Below are positions 38,520 through 51,175 of a DNA stretch of 64,000 nucleotides, in pieces (within the stretch, counting starts at the first letter, position 1; the number at the start of each line of letters is the position of its first letter). Origin of the DNA: Camelus ferus (taxonomy: Eukaryota). The stretch lies in the NCBI RefSeq assembly GCF_009834535.1, contig NC_045697.1:41976001-42040000 (forward strand). Reading direction: 5' to 3'. The position numbers were made by a program, and so were the translations under genes. The notes beneath the pieces were generated by a model that saw nothing but the letters and a program-made list of their open reading frames with translations, ran no database searches and was not told the DNA's origin.

Positions 38520-39595
38520 AAAATCTAATAGGCATCTCAAAGAGACAGAATTACTGATTTCACTTCCCCGAACCACTCCACTAGCAGCCTCCTCATTCTG
38601 TTACTGATAACTCCATCCATCCAGTTGCTCAGGCCAAGATCCTTAGTCGAAAGTTTCTCAACTTCAGCATTGTTGACACTTAGGGCTGGATAATTTGTCT
38701 TTGGAGAGAGCTGTTTTGTGCATCATAGCATGTTTAGCAGCTTCTCTGGCCTCTGTCCACTGGACACATATAGCATCCTCCCCAGCTGTGACAACCGAAT
38801 ATGTCACTAGTCATTGCTAAATGTTCCCTGGGGGGCAAAATCACCTCCAGTTGAGAACCACTGCCTTAGAGCCATGAGTGACTTGGCGCTCTCTCACATC
38901 CCGCAAAAATCTCTTAGCAAATCCTACTGGCTCTGCTTCAAAACATACTGAAAATACAAGTACTTCTCATACCTTTATCCAAGCTGCTATCGTCCAAATC
39001 CTGGATGAAACAGAGGGCCTCTTAACCTGCCTCTTTGCTTCCACCCTTGGTCAGTTTTATTCCCAACACACCAGCCAGCCAGATACCATTAAAATGTTAC
39101 AAACGTCTCTGCACAAAATATCTTCCAATGGTTTTCTCCTTCACAAAGAATAAAAGCCAAAGTTCTTAAAATGGCTTTTTGATGTTATCAGTTCATTCTA
39201 CTCCAGGCACACTGGCCTCCTAGTTTTACTTGAGGAGGGATGCTAGCTCTGGACCTTTGTACCTGCTGTCTCCTCTGCCTGGCAGGCACAGTCCCTCAAG
39301 TCTTTGCTCAAATGTCAGCTCCTTCAGCGAGGCCATCTCTGACAACTGGATTTGAAATGGTACTTTTCCCTACCCCCACTCTCCATCCCTGTCCTTAGTT
39401 TATTTTTCTCCAATGTACTTGCCATCTTACTGTATCATTTACTATTTATTTTGCTCATCGTCTGGTTCTGCCCACTAGATTGTATGCTGCATGATGACAG
39501 CATTTTCTACTTTATTCACTCATGTATCCCCAGGACCAAGAACAATTCCTGGAACATTACTGAGAGGCTCTGAATCAAAATCAGTTGAATGAATG
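38520..39595 (+). mobile_element. L2 (interrupted by MER20)
   Basis: aataggcatctcaaa, catccatccagttgctcaggccaag; ends gttgaatgaatg. Confidence 0.85.
38649..38863 (+). mobile_element. MER20 hAT-Charlie element
   Basis: tttctcaacttcagcattgttgacac ... ggggggcaaaatcacctccagttgagaaccactg; decayed 8-bp TSD ccttagtc / ccttagag. Confidence 0.9.
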
Positions 39596-40816
39596 GCCTC
39601 TCTCAGGTTACTACCGGAGATTCTCAAAGGGACTTTTTAGGACTTTCAAAACCATTTATTTACATTTGGTTATTCAATTTAGATAATTAAAATGTAAATA
39701 TTTTTTAGGGATAGTTTCAAATTTTTGAAACTAATTTGTGGTCTCAGAATAGATTTTCTTATAGTGCCCCAGAATTTGACAAACAAGGTGATAGTAATTT
39801 TTGACCTCACACTTATAGAACTCCAAGGAAATTTTTTCATGTTCTCATGCTTGTCCGTTAAAACTAAACAAATCTTTAGCAAAAATCATTTAGTCAAAAT
39901 TGAAACTTAGTATTTTTTAACACAACTTAGACCACAAATGTCTTCACTGTTTCATTCAATCTACCTCAATTTTTTAAATCTCAACTATGTGCAAAGTATA
40001 ATGCTTGATTTTGCCAAATAATTCACCTTATAATTTAAGAAAATTCAACTTCATTTTCTATGAGAACACTTTTTCTCTTGCTGTGTCTCAGATGACCTCA
40101 GCTGATAGCAATGCTATGGATCCTTGTCTAACCTGGGACTATTCTCCTGTTAATTCCTTTTCCTAAATTAAAATAACCACTCAGAAATTATCTTCAATTG
40201 CTTGAGTGTTAAAAGCACTTTGGAACAGTCTATGTTTTCACGTGGTTTGTTTATGAGGGAATGTATTTACTTTTGATTACTTTTACTCTCAATTTTCTTT
40301 TGTGAGTATTGAATATGAGAGACTGGAGGGCTTGAATTTCTCTGCTCACCTCACCGGCCGGGTAAGCCTGTTTTTCCCGTAGGTGTTTGCCAACACCACA
40401 TTCACAGAGCCAGTTAAAAGGAGCTCTAAGACGTGGCTAACCATGGAGAAAAAATGACTTCAAAGATTCCCCATGGCCCATATTTATGACTAAATGGCAT
40501 GAGAATATGCTAATATTACTATGAAGATGATCCTGGGAAAATGAGTCTAAACATTATGATGCTGAAGCAAATTCAGAACCAAATTTAGTTTCATGTAAGG
40601 AGATACTCTCAAATTCAGATAACCAATGCAAAACAAGTATTTTTGAGTGCTTATTGCATGCCTAATTCTATATCAGAGTAGCATTTCACTATAATAACTT
40701 GGGGTTCAAATCATATTTACAAAAATGTTTCCATTTTGTTTCACAAACAATAGGCTGACAACAGCGGTTTTCACTAGAATAATTTTCCAGCAAAAGATTA
40801 AGAAAAACTTTCTGAG

Positions 40817-40952
40817 CGGGAGGGTATAGCTTAATGGTAGAGCACGTGCTTAGCATGCACGAGGTCCTGGGTTCAATCACCAGTACCGCCATTAAAAAAT
40901 TAAAAAAAGCCTAATTACCCCCCCCCCCCAAAAAAAAAGAGACAGAAAGAAA
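40817..40952 (+). mobile_element. tRNA-Ala(AGC)-derived SINE (camelid Vic-1 type)
   Basis: Head GGGAGGGTATAGCTTAATGGTAGAGCACGTGCTTAGCATGCACGAGGTCCTGGGTTCAATCACCAGTACC has A/B boxes and an AGC anticodon arm, followed by A-rich, poly(C) and A tails. Perfect 17-bp TSD AAGAAAAACTTTCTGAG at 40800-40816 and 40953-40969. Confidence 0.92.
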
Positions 40953-43729
40953 AAGAAAAACTTTCTGAGAAGCTTTTAAAATTGGTTTTTATGGCAAGAA
41001 CCCTACAAGTGCTGAACTTTATTACAGGGTCTCAGGTAATAAATTTCAAAGAAAGATCAGTTACATGTGCCTTCCAATTGAATAATTTTGCTTACTGATA
41101 AAAAAGGAATTAGCAAATCCCAGGGTCCCAATATTGATGATGTGAACTTTAAAAAATTATTTAAAATATACTCTATCGACACTTTATACAAAAGCAGTGG
41201 CAAGGAAGAGTTTGTTCCTTCTTTTGTCAGTGTCGAAAAGAAAGTCTTGACAAACTGACCAATGAGAACGCAATTGTATGTGAAGAAAAGCTGTGACAGT
41301 TTTGTAAAACTTGTATTTTGTGGTTATTATCTACTCCTGAAGTATTTGTACTCTGCCAACCAAATAGAATATTAGTTCCTTTTGAAAGTGCCTGGAGGAT
41401 AAATTCATTCATTTCCCTAATACCCTGTCCACTTGGCAGAGCAGGTAGACATAAGTATTCTAAAGATTACTCTGTTTTGACCATTTTCCTCCCCAGATTT
41501 CCTTAGATACCTATGCAAAGTTTCACCGCTGGCTAGATAGTAAAGATTGACTGTTAATTTCAGTACCCAAGTTTTTAGAGGGAATTGTTTTTAACTGAGA
41601 AAGAAGGTATTTCTTCTTTCCTTGCAGAAGTCCTTCTTAAATCTTGTGGAATTCAAGAGGAAGAAAAAAGTAGACCATTTAGAATGCATTGCCTTTCCTC
41701 CAAAGGTTTCAGTATGCCTGATGGCACTTTATTAAAACACAATCAGGAATAGGTTTCAATAAATTATTTTTCCAATTATACAGTTATATAAGTTGAGGCT
41801 TGGAAAAGTGGAAGAATTTAGCCACCACCCAGCAAAAAATTAAAAGGCTAAGAAGGAAACAAAATCCAATAACACTCAAGTCAAAAAACAAAAAAAAGGA
41901 TAACATAAAAACAAGGCAAAAATTCTTTCCTTCTTTCATTCGATAGAAAATTGTTCCAAAACATCATTCAAATGTTAGATTTGTATTACTTATATCCTTT
42001 TTGATTTTGACCTTATTTTGCACTGTTCTACATAAGTTGCTGTAAACTTTTTTTTACCAACCTCTACTTTGGCCAAGAATGTCTCAATGAACTATGAAAT
42101 GAGCAAGGTTTATTAAATACTCGTACCATTAACTAGTCCACTATTGCGTGAAACTCATAAGACAGCTGTGGTTAAATATGGCTACGGTTATCATGCTTGA
42201 ATTTTAAAAAGCAGGTTACTTAAAATTAAGTTTAATAAATCATTCATACACGATAAACTAATTGATTCTAAAATATTGTCTGTTGCTTTATGTGCCGAAG
42301 TATTTTTATGCTGAAAACATTTCAGGCAAAAGTAAAAATTCTCACTGTCTTAAAGTATCATTTCAATTTTAATTCCAATTTCAAATTCAGTGTTTGCAGA
42401 TTGTTTCTTGTTCTCATTTTATAACAGTGTTTTTTTTTTTTTAATACATTTCAGAATTGCCTGTAAAGAATATTAAGTAGTTTTGGTCTTATGGTTACCA
42501 CTTTTTCTTTCTAAAAGTAAGTAATTCACAAAATAAGCTTTGACCCAAGAATACAGGATTGTAAGTGCCCATGTGAGATATAATAGCTGTAGGCAAATTC
42601 TAAAGCCGAGATTCGCAACCTGAATTTATCCAGCAGTTAAGGACACAGTATATTTATTCCTTTGGGAAGCAACTTAATAAAAGATGACTTCTCATCAGCT
42701 GCTGAGTGAAACTTTTTTTATTTTATTCTGATAAAAATTTCAAGTATTTTCTTCAAATGTACAGTATACTTATTCTTTCAAGACATGGTCTAACAAAACT
42801 TAATTTTAAAGCTTAGATGTCTACGATCAAGAGTTATGCATAAGAATTTCCTCTGGCAGTTATTAGACTGAATAAGTTATTAAAATGAATATGAATTAAA
42901 ATTTCCTATTCAGCTCATTTCATTGAAAGTTATTTTGCAGTCGCAAGCCCCGGAAGAACTTTACTCAATAACGATACTAAAATAATATGATAGTATAATA
43001 AACCTGGTAAAATGTCCATCAGATACAAGAGTATTCATGGAAAACAGTTGCCTACTTGTTAGGCTACTTACCACCCTACACCCCTGACTGCAGATAGCTC
43101 TTACAGTCTGACTGTAAGTAACCTAGATTGAATACTGTGTTCTAGCAAAGAATGTTCATAACTCCATAGAGGCCTAATAACAGCCACCAAAAAAATTATA
43201 TGCTATTAATGAAAAGTACCTAAATATAAGATACATTTGAAGAATAAGCGTTTTTAGCTGAGTGACATACTATTTTGTGCCAGCAAATGGGAGAAAAAAA
43301 TTTAAACAGAGTACCTTATAAAACTATAGCTAATTTTCTATATATTCTATTTAATTATTACTGACTATATGAATTATAATGTATGCAAAATTTTCCTATA
43401 TTCAAAACTGTATCTTTCGGTCTTCAGTTTAATAACTGAAGTTCTAAGGTAACATACAAAGTACACCTATATACATGTTTATGTTTAGATAATGTTGTGT
43501 GATATCCATTTGTCATGAATCTGACTATATAATAATATGAAGTTTTTAAGTGTCAATAGCTAGGATAGGATCTGTGGCCAAGTACCTCCCAATCCTGCTC
43601 CCATTCTGTAGAATATGGATTACCATCAGTTACATAAATACCCTCAGATTTTTTATTTGCAAAATGTGTGTAAATGTATTTATTTTTATTCATGAATCCA
43701 TTTAGAATAAATTTGCATGCATAGAAAGA

Positions 43730-43950
43730 TCATGGTATATAGCATGAGAGAGGCACAGGTTTGAATCCTCTCTCTATCAGCCACTAACTTCTCCATCGTG
43801 GCCATGGTTTCCTCATATGTGAAGTAGAATAATAAGACTTACATTGCAAGATTGTTTTAATCATTCATAAAATATTTATGTTAAAATGCACATTTTCTGA
43901 TATACACTTTAGCAACACAATGTTACTTCTACTTCTATTATAATTATTAT
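43730..43950 (+). mobile_element. MIR SINE
   Basis: caggtttgaatcctctctctatcagccactaac ... ggtttcctcatatgtgaagtag. Confidence 0.65.
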
Positions 43951-43998
43951 TAATAATAAATTAAAAGATGAGGGAACATATGTAAGTTGCACCTAGAG

Positions 43999-44206
43999 CA
44001 GCAGTGTCCAACAGAATGTTCTTCTGTGATGGAAATATTCTATAATCTGAGCTGTCCAATATGGTAGTCACTAGGCATATGTGGCTGTTGAGCCCTGGAA
44101 ATACAGACAGTGCAACTGGAGAATTGAATTCTTAATTTATTTAATTTAAATTAGCTTACGTTTAAATAACCACATGTGGCAGGAGGTTACCCTACTGAAC
44201 AGAACA
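43999..44206. mobile_element. MER3 hAT-Charlie MITE
   Basis: gtccaacagaatgttcttctgtgatggaaatattctata ... gctgtccaatatggtagtcactaggcatatgtggctgttgagc. Confidence 0.9.
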
Positions 44207-45754
44207 AGTCTAAAGTGCTTACATCTACTCAAATAACTTTCACCTTGCTTAGATTTTTCGACCACATAATACATAGAAAGACTTCTCAAGGCCTTTTTAC
44301 CAAACTACATAATTACTATAGAAAGTCCTCCAATAACGGTCATTATTTATACGGCAGAAAACATAAAATGACTTCTCTACCTACAAGAGTAATGTGTTCT
44401 TGTTTTATCCAGTTCTGTGTAATCAAAAATTACGTACTTAAACATAGTAATTTTTCATTACATATTATTATTTTTGGTTGGGAATTTTATCAGAGTCTCC
44501 CTTGACTTTTGGATATAACTGCATCTTGTCTTCAAGTCACAGGTTCACCATTATTGGGAAAAAATATTTTACTTTCTTAAGTTTATAATATGTCAAGAGC
44601 CCTTAAAATCTTGAGGTAAAACTAAATTTAAGGAAAATCAACACAAAAACCAAAAATAATAAGAAAAACAAACTTATGCCCAACTTTGAAACAAACAAAA
44701 AATAAACAAGCAGAAAAAATCCTTAATTATAAGCATCACATAAATATATGTGTTCTTTCAAAGTTCCTCCTTTACCAGACAATCAAGACAGACCAACAGC
44801 ACAATTGCCCCATGTAAAGGAGGTGCACCAAACACCACCTCCACTTGGCCTCCCCCAGATCTAGTTTCTGCATCCCTCAAACAGTGGTGCATCTTCTCTT
44901 TCACTAGTTACATTATTAATTGGAGGAAAGGACACTTATCCCTGTATCTATAAGAACTGTGTTAGAATGATTCAGGAAGTTCTTACTGCAAAGCTTGAAA
45001 CTTTCCCTTCTTCATTTTCATCATCATTAAATACTGCAGGTATGGGAATTTTTGCTATGCTTTAAAAAATGTTTGCTTTGATAAAAATTCTAGGCACAAG
45101 AAATACATAAAATGGGGATGCTAATATTAACAACTTCAAAAACCCCAAACTGCATTCTAATGATGGGTCGACTTCTCATAGACTTCTTCAATAAATAGAA
45201 TTTTATGTTCTGAGTTACATCGCATATTACAGGCTGAGTCAATAAAGCAATATTGAGAGACAATAAGATAGCACAACTCTTCCTAATTAATAACTCTGTT
45301 TCCTTATGTGAAGTACTAACTTCATCACTTTTGATTAAGTGACATTTCACTAAAGGTATCAAAAAGTAAACAAGTCAAAATCATCTAATCATTCATTATC
45401 TCATTATGAAATAACAAATAAATGTAGAACACTTTTTAAATCTCTGATATGAACATTGGTCATTAATTTTTTCACTACAATATATCATACAGAATGAAGT
45501 CATGTTTTGCTTGAACACTGAAAAATACTTGTTGAAGTGAGCAAACAAAATAATAGGCCAGTTTCACTAGCATTTTAAAATTCTCAGATAAAAGGCTGTG
45601 TGCCAAGAAATGAGTTTTTGAGAAAGACACTAAATTGTTCACTATCAGAGTTTTCTGAATGATTTTCATATCTCTAAGTCCATCTGTTAGTATTATGCCT
45701 TATTTTGAAAAATCAAAAACATCCTTTTAAAAATCAGATCCTGTTTAGTCAATG

Positions 45755-45970
45755 ATTTTTTTTTATTGAAGTATAGTCCATTTACAATATTGTTGTAATT
45801 TCTGGTGTACACCATAGTGATTCAGTATGTGCATATACTATACAAATGTGTATATATATGCCTTTTCATATTTTTTTTTACTATAGGCTATTACAACGTA
45901 TTGGATATAATTCCTTGTGCTACACAGTAGGATCTTGCTGTTTATCTATTTTACGTATAGTTAGTATCTG
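45755..45970 (-). mobile_element. L1 3' end (artiodactyl/camelid type)
   Basis: Poly(T) then attgaagtatagtccatttacaatattg...tttctggtgtacaccatagtgattcag ... ccttgtgctacacagtagg. Confidence 0.88.
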
Positions 45971-46496
45971 CAAAAAATATGTATTTTTCATTAATCTTAA
46001 TGAAATAAGTAATAATGGAAGATGGTTACTTTAATTAAAAATATGACCTTGAGGGAATACATATGCATACAGTCATCAAAGTTATTAAATTATATAAAGA
46101 TGCAAAATAATGTAAGACCACTAATGACCTTTTATTAAGTAAAAACAGAAAAAAATTCAACTACTATTTTTACAGTTAGTAAAACTGTGTATGTTTGGAT
46201 AAAGGCTGGAAACAAATATTTTTAAATGAAACATTGGTAATTATGAGAACTTTAAAAAATTACATTTCAAGTCTAAATACTATTTTTATAATTACATGTC
46301 ATTTCTATTTAGGTGAATATAGCAAATGAAAAATTGGGGCAAAACCTAAGTTTCCCTGATTCTTTTGTGGCCCTTGCATCTCATATCCAATTCAATTCGT
46401 CAGTAAGCCTGTCATTTCTACCACAAAACGTTCACAAATCCAACCACATTTTCCATGCCTGGACTGATGAATTAGTCTCCTTACTAGTCTTCTCCT

Positions 46497-47245
46497 AGGG
46501 TGATACTGAGTGTGGCTCAGATGAGGAGGACTCAGAACCTCTGAGGAAGAACTCCCACACTGAGACCACCACCAATGGGTATCTCCTGACCGCCCCTTGC
46601 CTGGCGGGAGATTAATGGCTCAAAACCACAAATCTCGAACAAACTAAAATGTTTGTTCCTGGAAGTTTTAATAGGTTGCAAAAGCAGTTCCTTCTATAGT
46701 ATCTCGGCACCAGAAACAAAAATTAGGATTATCAATGCATTTTGAATAGTGCACTGCCATACGTCCTGTCTGTGAGTGAAGAACTACCATTCTTTACATG
46801 GAGGTGTGCTGTGTGTAACTGACACAAGGGGAACAGTATTTGTGTTTGTACGGTCTTAGAATATTATTCAGTTTTTATGTTGTTTGCAAATCGGTGGGCA
46901 AAAGTGGGTTTCCTTACTCCTTTCACTCTCTGGGTTCATGACAGGGAGGGAGGCGCTCTGTCTGCTACTACCCCTTCCCACTGCTGTAGCCCAGTCTGCT
47001 AGGAGTGTCAGCCTCACCTGTCACTTAGTGTGAGCAAAACCCAGTGCAAGGTTCTCGCAGAGCTCCAAACAGGCTTCTTTTCTCTGTGCTACAGCGCCAG
47101 TCTTGGTGACCGTTCTCTCAGTATAAAGTTCAAACTAGATCAGCTAGGTTTTGTAATTGTCATTCTTCATGAGCAACTAGCAGTTCAAACTAGAGGTGCT
47201 AATTACTAGGGGGAGGGGTCAACACTCTTACACCTACATTCCCTG
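46497..47245. mobile_element. Probable ancient hAT DNA transposon fragment (FordPrefect/Tip100-like) inside an L2
   Basis: More GC-rich 750-bp block bounded by tagggtg...cattccctg that splits two collinear L2 pieces (~46330-46496 and ~47246-47560). Family assignment is from memory only. Confidence 0.5.
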
Positions 47246-47899
47246 TCTTAGCTTTCCCTGTCTCCTAAGTCTTCTCAGTTCAACAGCCTGCTGCTCTTTT
47301 GCTTAAAACCTTTTAATAAATTCCCGATTACTTTTAGAGAAGACCCAAAGTCTTTCCAGAAGCATCCAAGAACCTATATGCTCCCAGGCCACCACTTTCT
47401 CCATCTTTCTTTCCTGTTACTTTCCCTCCTCCTCACTAAGCTCCCTCTTCCTTAACTAAGCTTTTTTTCACATCAGGGCCTTTGCATATGCTGATCCCTC
47501 TATCTAGAACATTATCTGCACACAGATACTGCTACAAGGCTCATTTCTGCTTAACCTTCAGGTGGTTAATACTCACCCCATCTAAAGTCAGTCCAAGGAA
47601 GCATATTATCTATAAGCTTAGACTTCTTATTTAGATTCTTTGAGGAAATTCGTAACTTCATGGCTAATTGTTAATGCTCAAACTGCACTTGACTGAAGAG
47701 CTTGATCTAGGATTATTTATGTCTGTTAGCAGAAAAGCCTCCTTAAGGATCAAACCTTTCACAATATTCATCTTCTCAGTTGTAACTCTACCTCCATGCA
47801 GTCTTCTGTGATGCAGGGCTTACCTCCTTAGTTCTAGTATAAATACAGAGTGTAGGGACTACTTCTTGTTCATTGTTATATTTACATAATTCATCATGT

Positions 47900-48180
47900 A
47901 TAGTATGAACAATAACGATTATTATATTACAATACCTTAAGCAAAATGAGCTTATACAAGGTTTACTGCAGGAGCCAGGCACTCTTCTAGGTACTTGATG
48001 TATATTCACTCATTGGTTGATGAGAGGATTGGGCACATCAGCCCAGTGAGACGGACACTCTTATCATCCCCATTGTACAGACGAGAACACTGGAAGCTCA
48101 GAGACTGCTGACCAAGTTTTCATTCAGCTAGTGATAAACCTGGGTCTCAGACCCAAGGAATCTGCTGTTAGCAACATGCT
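47900..48180 (-). mobile_element. MIR SINE
   Basis: gccaggcactcttctaggtact ... ttatcatccccattgtacagacgagaacactggaagctcagaga. Confidence 0.8.
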
Positions 48181-48569
48181 AAATACATATTCAGTATTGA
48201 AAGAACAAAAGAATGAAATAATTGATCATTTCTCTGAGGTAATTCTTTTGTCTTCTGATGCTTTTGCTTGAAAATTATTGAACTGACTTTTCTAACACTT
48301 TGCCTAAGTCTGTCCTAGCTTCCGATGGTGACACCTGAATAACCTATAAATTGTATTGATTATTCTGCTAAATGGTTCGCTTCTAAAATCCATCATCTTT
48401 TGCTTTATTGGTAACAACATCTCTCATGGCACAGGCTTCTAAGGAAAAATATGGATTATTTTACCCCCAAATCACTGCTGGATAGCATTAGGCAAAGACC
48501 ATTTACTTCTTTTATTTACACTATATGGCTGAGTATAATGCCTTTGATTATGTAAGTAAGAAACATGGG

Positions 48570-48730
48570 AGTTAGTGTAGTGGAAAGACTATAAGATTTG
48601 GAGCCAAAAAGTCTGGATTTATTGGTCCTTTTTTCCTCTATTGCTAACCACATGACCGTCAATGACTGCTTTGATATCTTTAAGCTTCAATTTTCTCACA
48701 TGTAAGAAGAGGAAAACAATGCCTAGCATT
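48570..48730 (+). mobile_element. MIR SINE fragment
   Basis: gtgtagtggaaagactataagatttggagcca ... aagcttcaattttctcacatgtaa. Confidence 0.65.
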
Positions 48731-49144
48731 TAAAAGCCCTATATAGTCTAATGAATATCAAAGAAATACAAAGGAATTCTTTTCTTTGTTGAGGAGGCTA
48801 CTGAATATTTGCAAGATATCACACAGTGTTGGAAGATAGTCCACACATACTTCAATGCTTGTCCAATGAATGAGGAAAGAAGAAAGATGAACAGACTGTC
48901 AGAAAATTTGTTCTGGTTTTGTTGGACTGGCCTTGCTGCACAATTAGATTATATCAAATTTTGAGAATAAGTCTCAAGTTCTATGGATCAGCATGTCTAT
49001 GACAGACAATTATATGGATCAATAATTTATTAACCATGAATTAAAGCAATCTGGATACCAAGTAACAAAAGAATAGTTCACATTATATTCAATGCCAGAA
49101 AGAATACCAAGTCATTAAGGAAGAGGGCTGCACTTGACTAGAAT

Positions 49145-49335
49145 AAGCCCTAGAGTTAGAATCAGAATGTCTGGGTTTGAATTCTGGTTGTGCCATTAAT
49201 AGTTGTGAGAATTTCATCTAAAAATTCAGCACCTCTGGGACTGTTTCCTTGGCTCTAATATGGTCATATATATCCCCACAGGACTGTTATGACTATTAAC
49301 TATGATAATGTATTTAAAAGCACAATGCCTGGTTA
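49145..49335 (+). mobile_element. MIR SINE
   Basis: agaatcagaatgtctgggtttgaattctggttgtgccattaatagttgtgag. Confidence 0.75.
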
Positions 49336-50569
49336 GTATGCTAAATGAGACAGTCAAGATTAGGGGATTTGGCTACTGAATTAAAGTCATTCTATGACAA
49401 AGAAATTGGATTGTTCTCATAAAATGTAGAGTGCCAGTCATGACCTAGACATGTAGTAAATACTGCTGAATTAAAGTGCACCACACAGAAAGTCCCTAGG
49501 TCATTTGCAGCCATTTTTAGCATTTTATTTTCTATTCCTATTCTATTTCATTTCTATTTATTTCAGAAATAGAATATAAAATATAATATTTTTCATAATC
49601 CAGAGTTCTGAATGCATGTATATGACATAGTTGTAAACTCCTTCTAGGAAGGTTAATTTCTCTCGGCAATTTTTTAATGTAAAATTTTAATATGTTTTAT
49701 TGTAGGGCATTGTAACTGGGTATACTATTAAAATATCAACATGCTTTACACAAGGAAAGTGAGTGACAGATATTGGGAAGCTCCCCCAAGGGCAGAATAA
49801 TTAAGTTCTAGGGGACAAGGGTGACTACATTTCCAGAAAGAAAAAGAAAACTAATTTTTTGAAAATAATTAAAATATATCAAACCAGTAGGAATTTCACA
49901 AGCTGAGACATAATTTATTTTTCTAGTTCATAAATCACAAGCTACATCTTGACTGAAAACCTTCCTATTAGAAACTCAGAGGACACAAATAATAGTTTCC
50001 ATTTCCATTATGTATGTATTTGGTTTTATGATTTACGACAGTGAATGGCCATGTTACATCTTTGGTCTTGATTGTTTTAAAGTTGTCCGTTCTGCCATCA
50101 GTTTTGAGTGGAATGAATCTAGTGCATCCATTTGCAAAACCCCAGTGTAGAATATATATTTAGATATTCCTGTCATCTGTGTTCTCACAGGACACACACT
50201 GCAGTACTTTTTACCTGTGTGAACCTTTTTATTTGTTCCTAAGCTAGTTTTATGCGATTGATGTGCCCATGTGCCTCAAACTCAGTTCAGTGCTAAATAT
50301 ATTAAACCAATTTTTATAACTATAATTGAGTATCTTAGAATAATATGCACCATGCAATAGGATGTCAGAGTGGCAGAGAGAGAGGTACCTTGTCTCAGGA
50401 CTTTCCAGGGACCTCTGTGAGACACAACTGACAAAACTTGACCTATCCTTCTTCCACATGGCATGGGATCAGGAGTTCCTACCTTCAGAATAACATCTGG
50501 AGATAATCCGTAAGTGCATACATATTGCCTAGGATAGATATTAGCAAGTCAGCATGAAGCATATTTAGC

Positions 50570-51175
50570 TGACTACATTAGCTGACTTACCTAGGGGCAT
50601 TTAGGCATTTATTCTATCAAAAAATACCCAAACAACATCAATCACTTTTTTTTATGTAAGGTAGAGTCACATCCTTTCCCTCGCAGAGCTTACACTCTAC
50701 TTGGGGAAAACATATGAAATGAATAAGTAAAATGTATAGTATAACAGGTGGTGTTAAGTTCCACAGACAAAATAAAGCAGAAATCAATGGAGTGCAGTTG
50801 CAGAAAGAGGACCGCAATTTTTAAAAGGTTGGTCTGATCAAATTCACTGAGAAGATGACATCTGAGCAAGGACCACTGACACCTGACATCTGAGTACTCA
50901 GCGCACCGTCATCGTACCAACTACCACCGCTATGGTGGGCAACATCCTTATCATCAATGTGTATATAGTCATTATGATTATAACACATTTCTACAACCAT
51001 CATTGGATTTTATTCTTTGAGGTAAGTATTCTTTTTCCTGTTAACTCTATATGTGAAATAATGAAGTGACGAGTGCTTAAATAACCTGTTCACTGTTGCT
51101 CCCTCGTGAGAGGTGAGCTAGGACTGGATTTCAACTCCTGGTCGTTTGGCCCTCAAACGTGCACAGTTACTACGA
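50570..51175 (-). mobile_element. L2 fragment followed by MIR fragment
   Basis: ccctcgcagagcttacactctac ... cactgagaagatgacatctgagcaagg (L2); gagctaggactggatttcaactcctggtc (MIR). Confidence 0.6.

Noticed and set aside
40817..40891. tRNA-Ala gene
   Set aside because: It has a SINE tail and TSD, an imperfect acceptor stem and no T-run terminator directly downstream.
41628..41705. 78-nt plus-strand exon candidate open in two frames
   Set aside because: Good acceptor but weak donor (AAG|GTTTCA) and no recognisable peptide.
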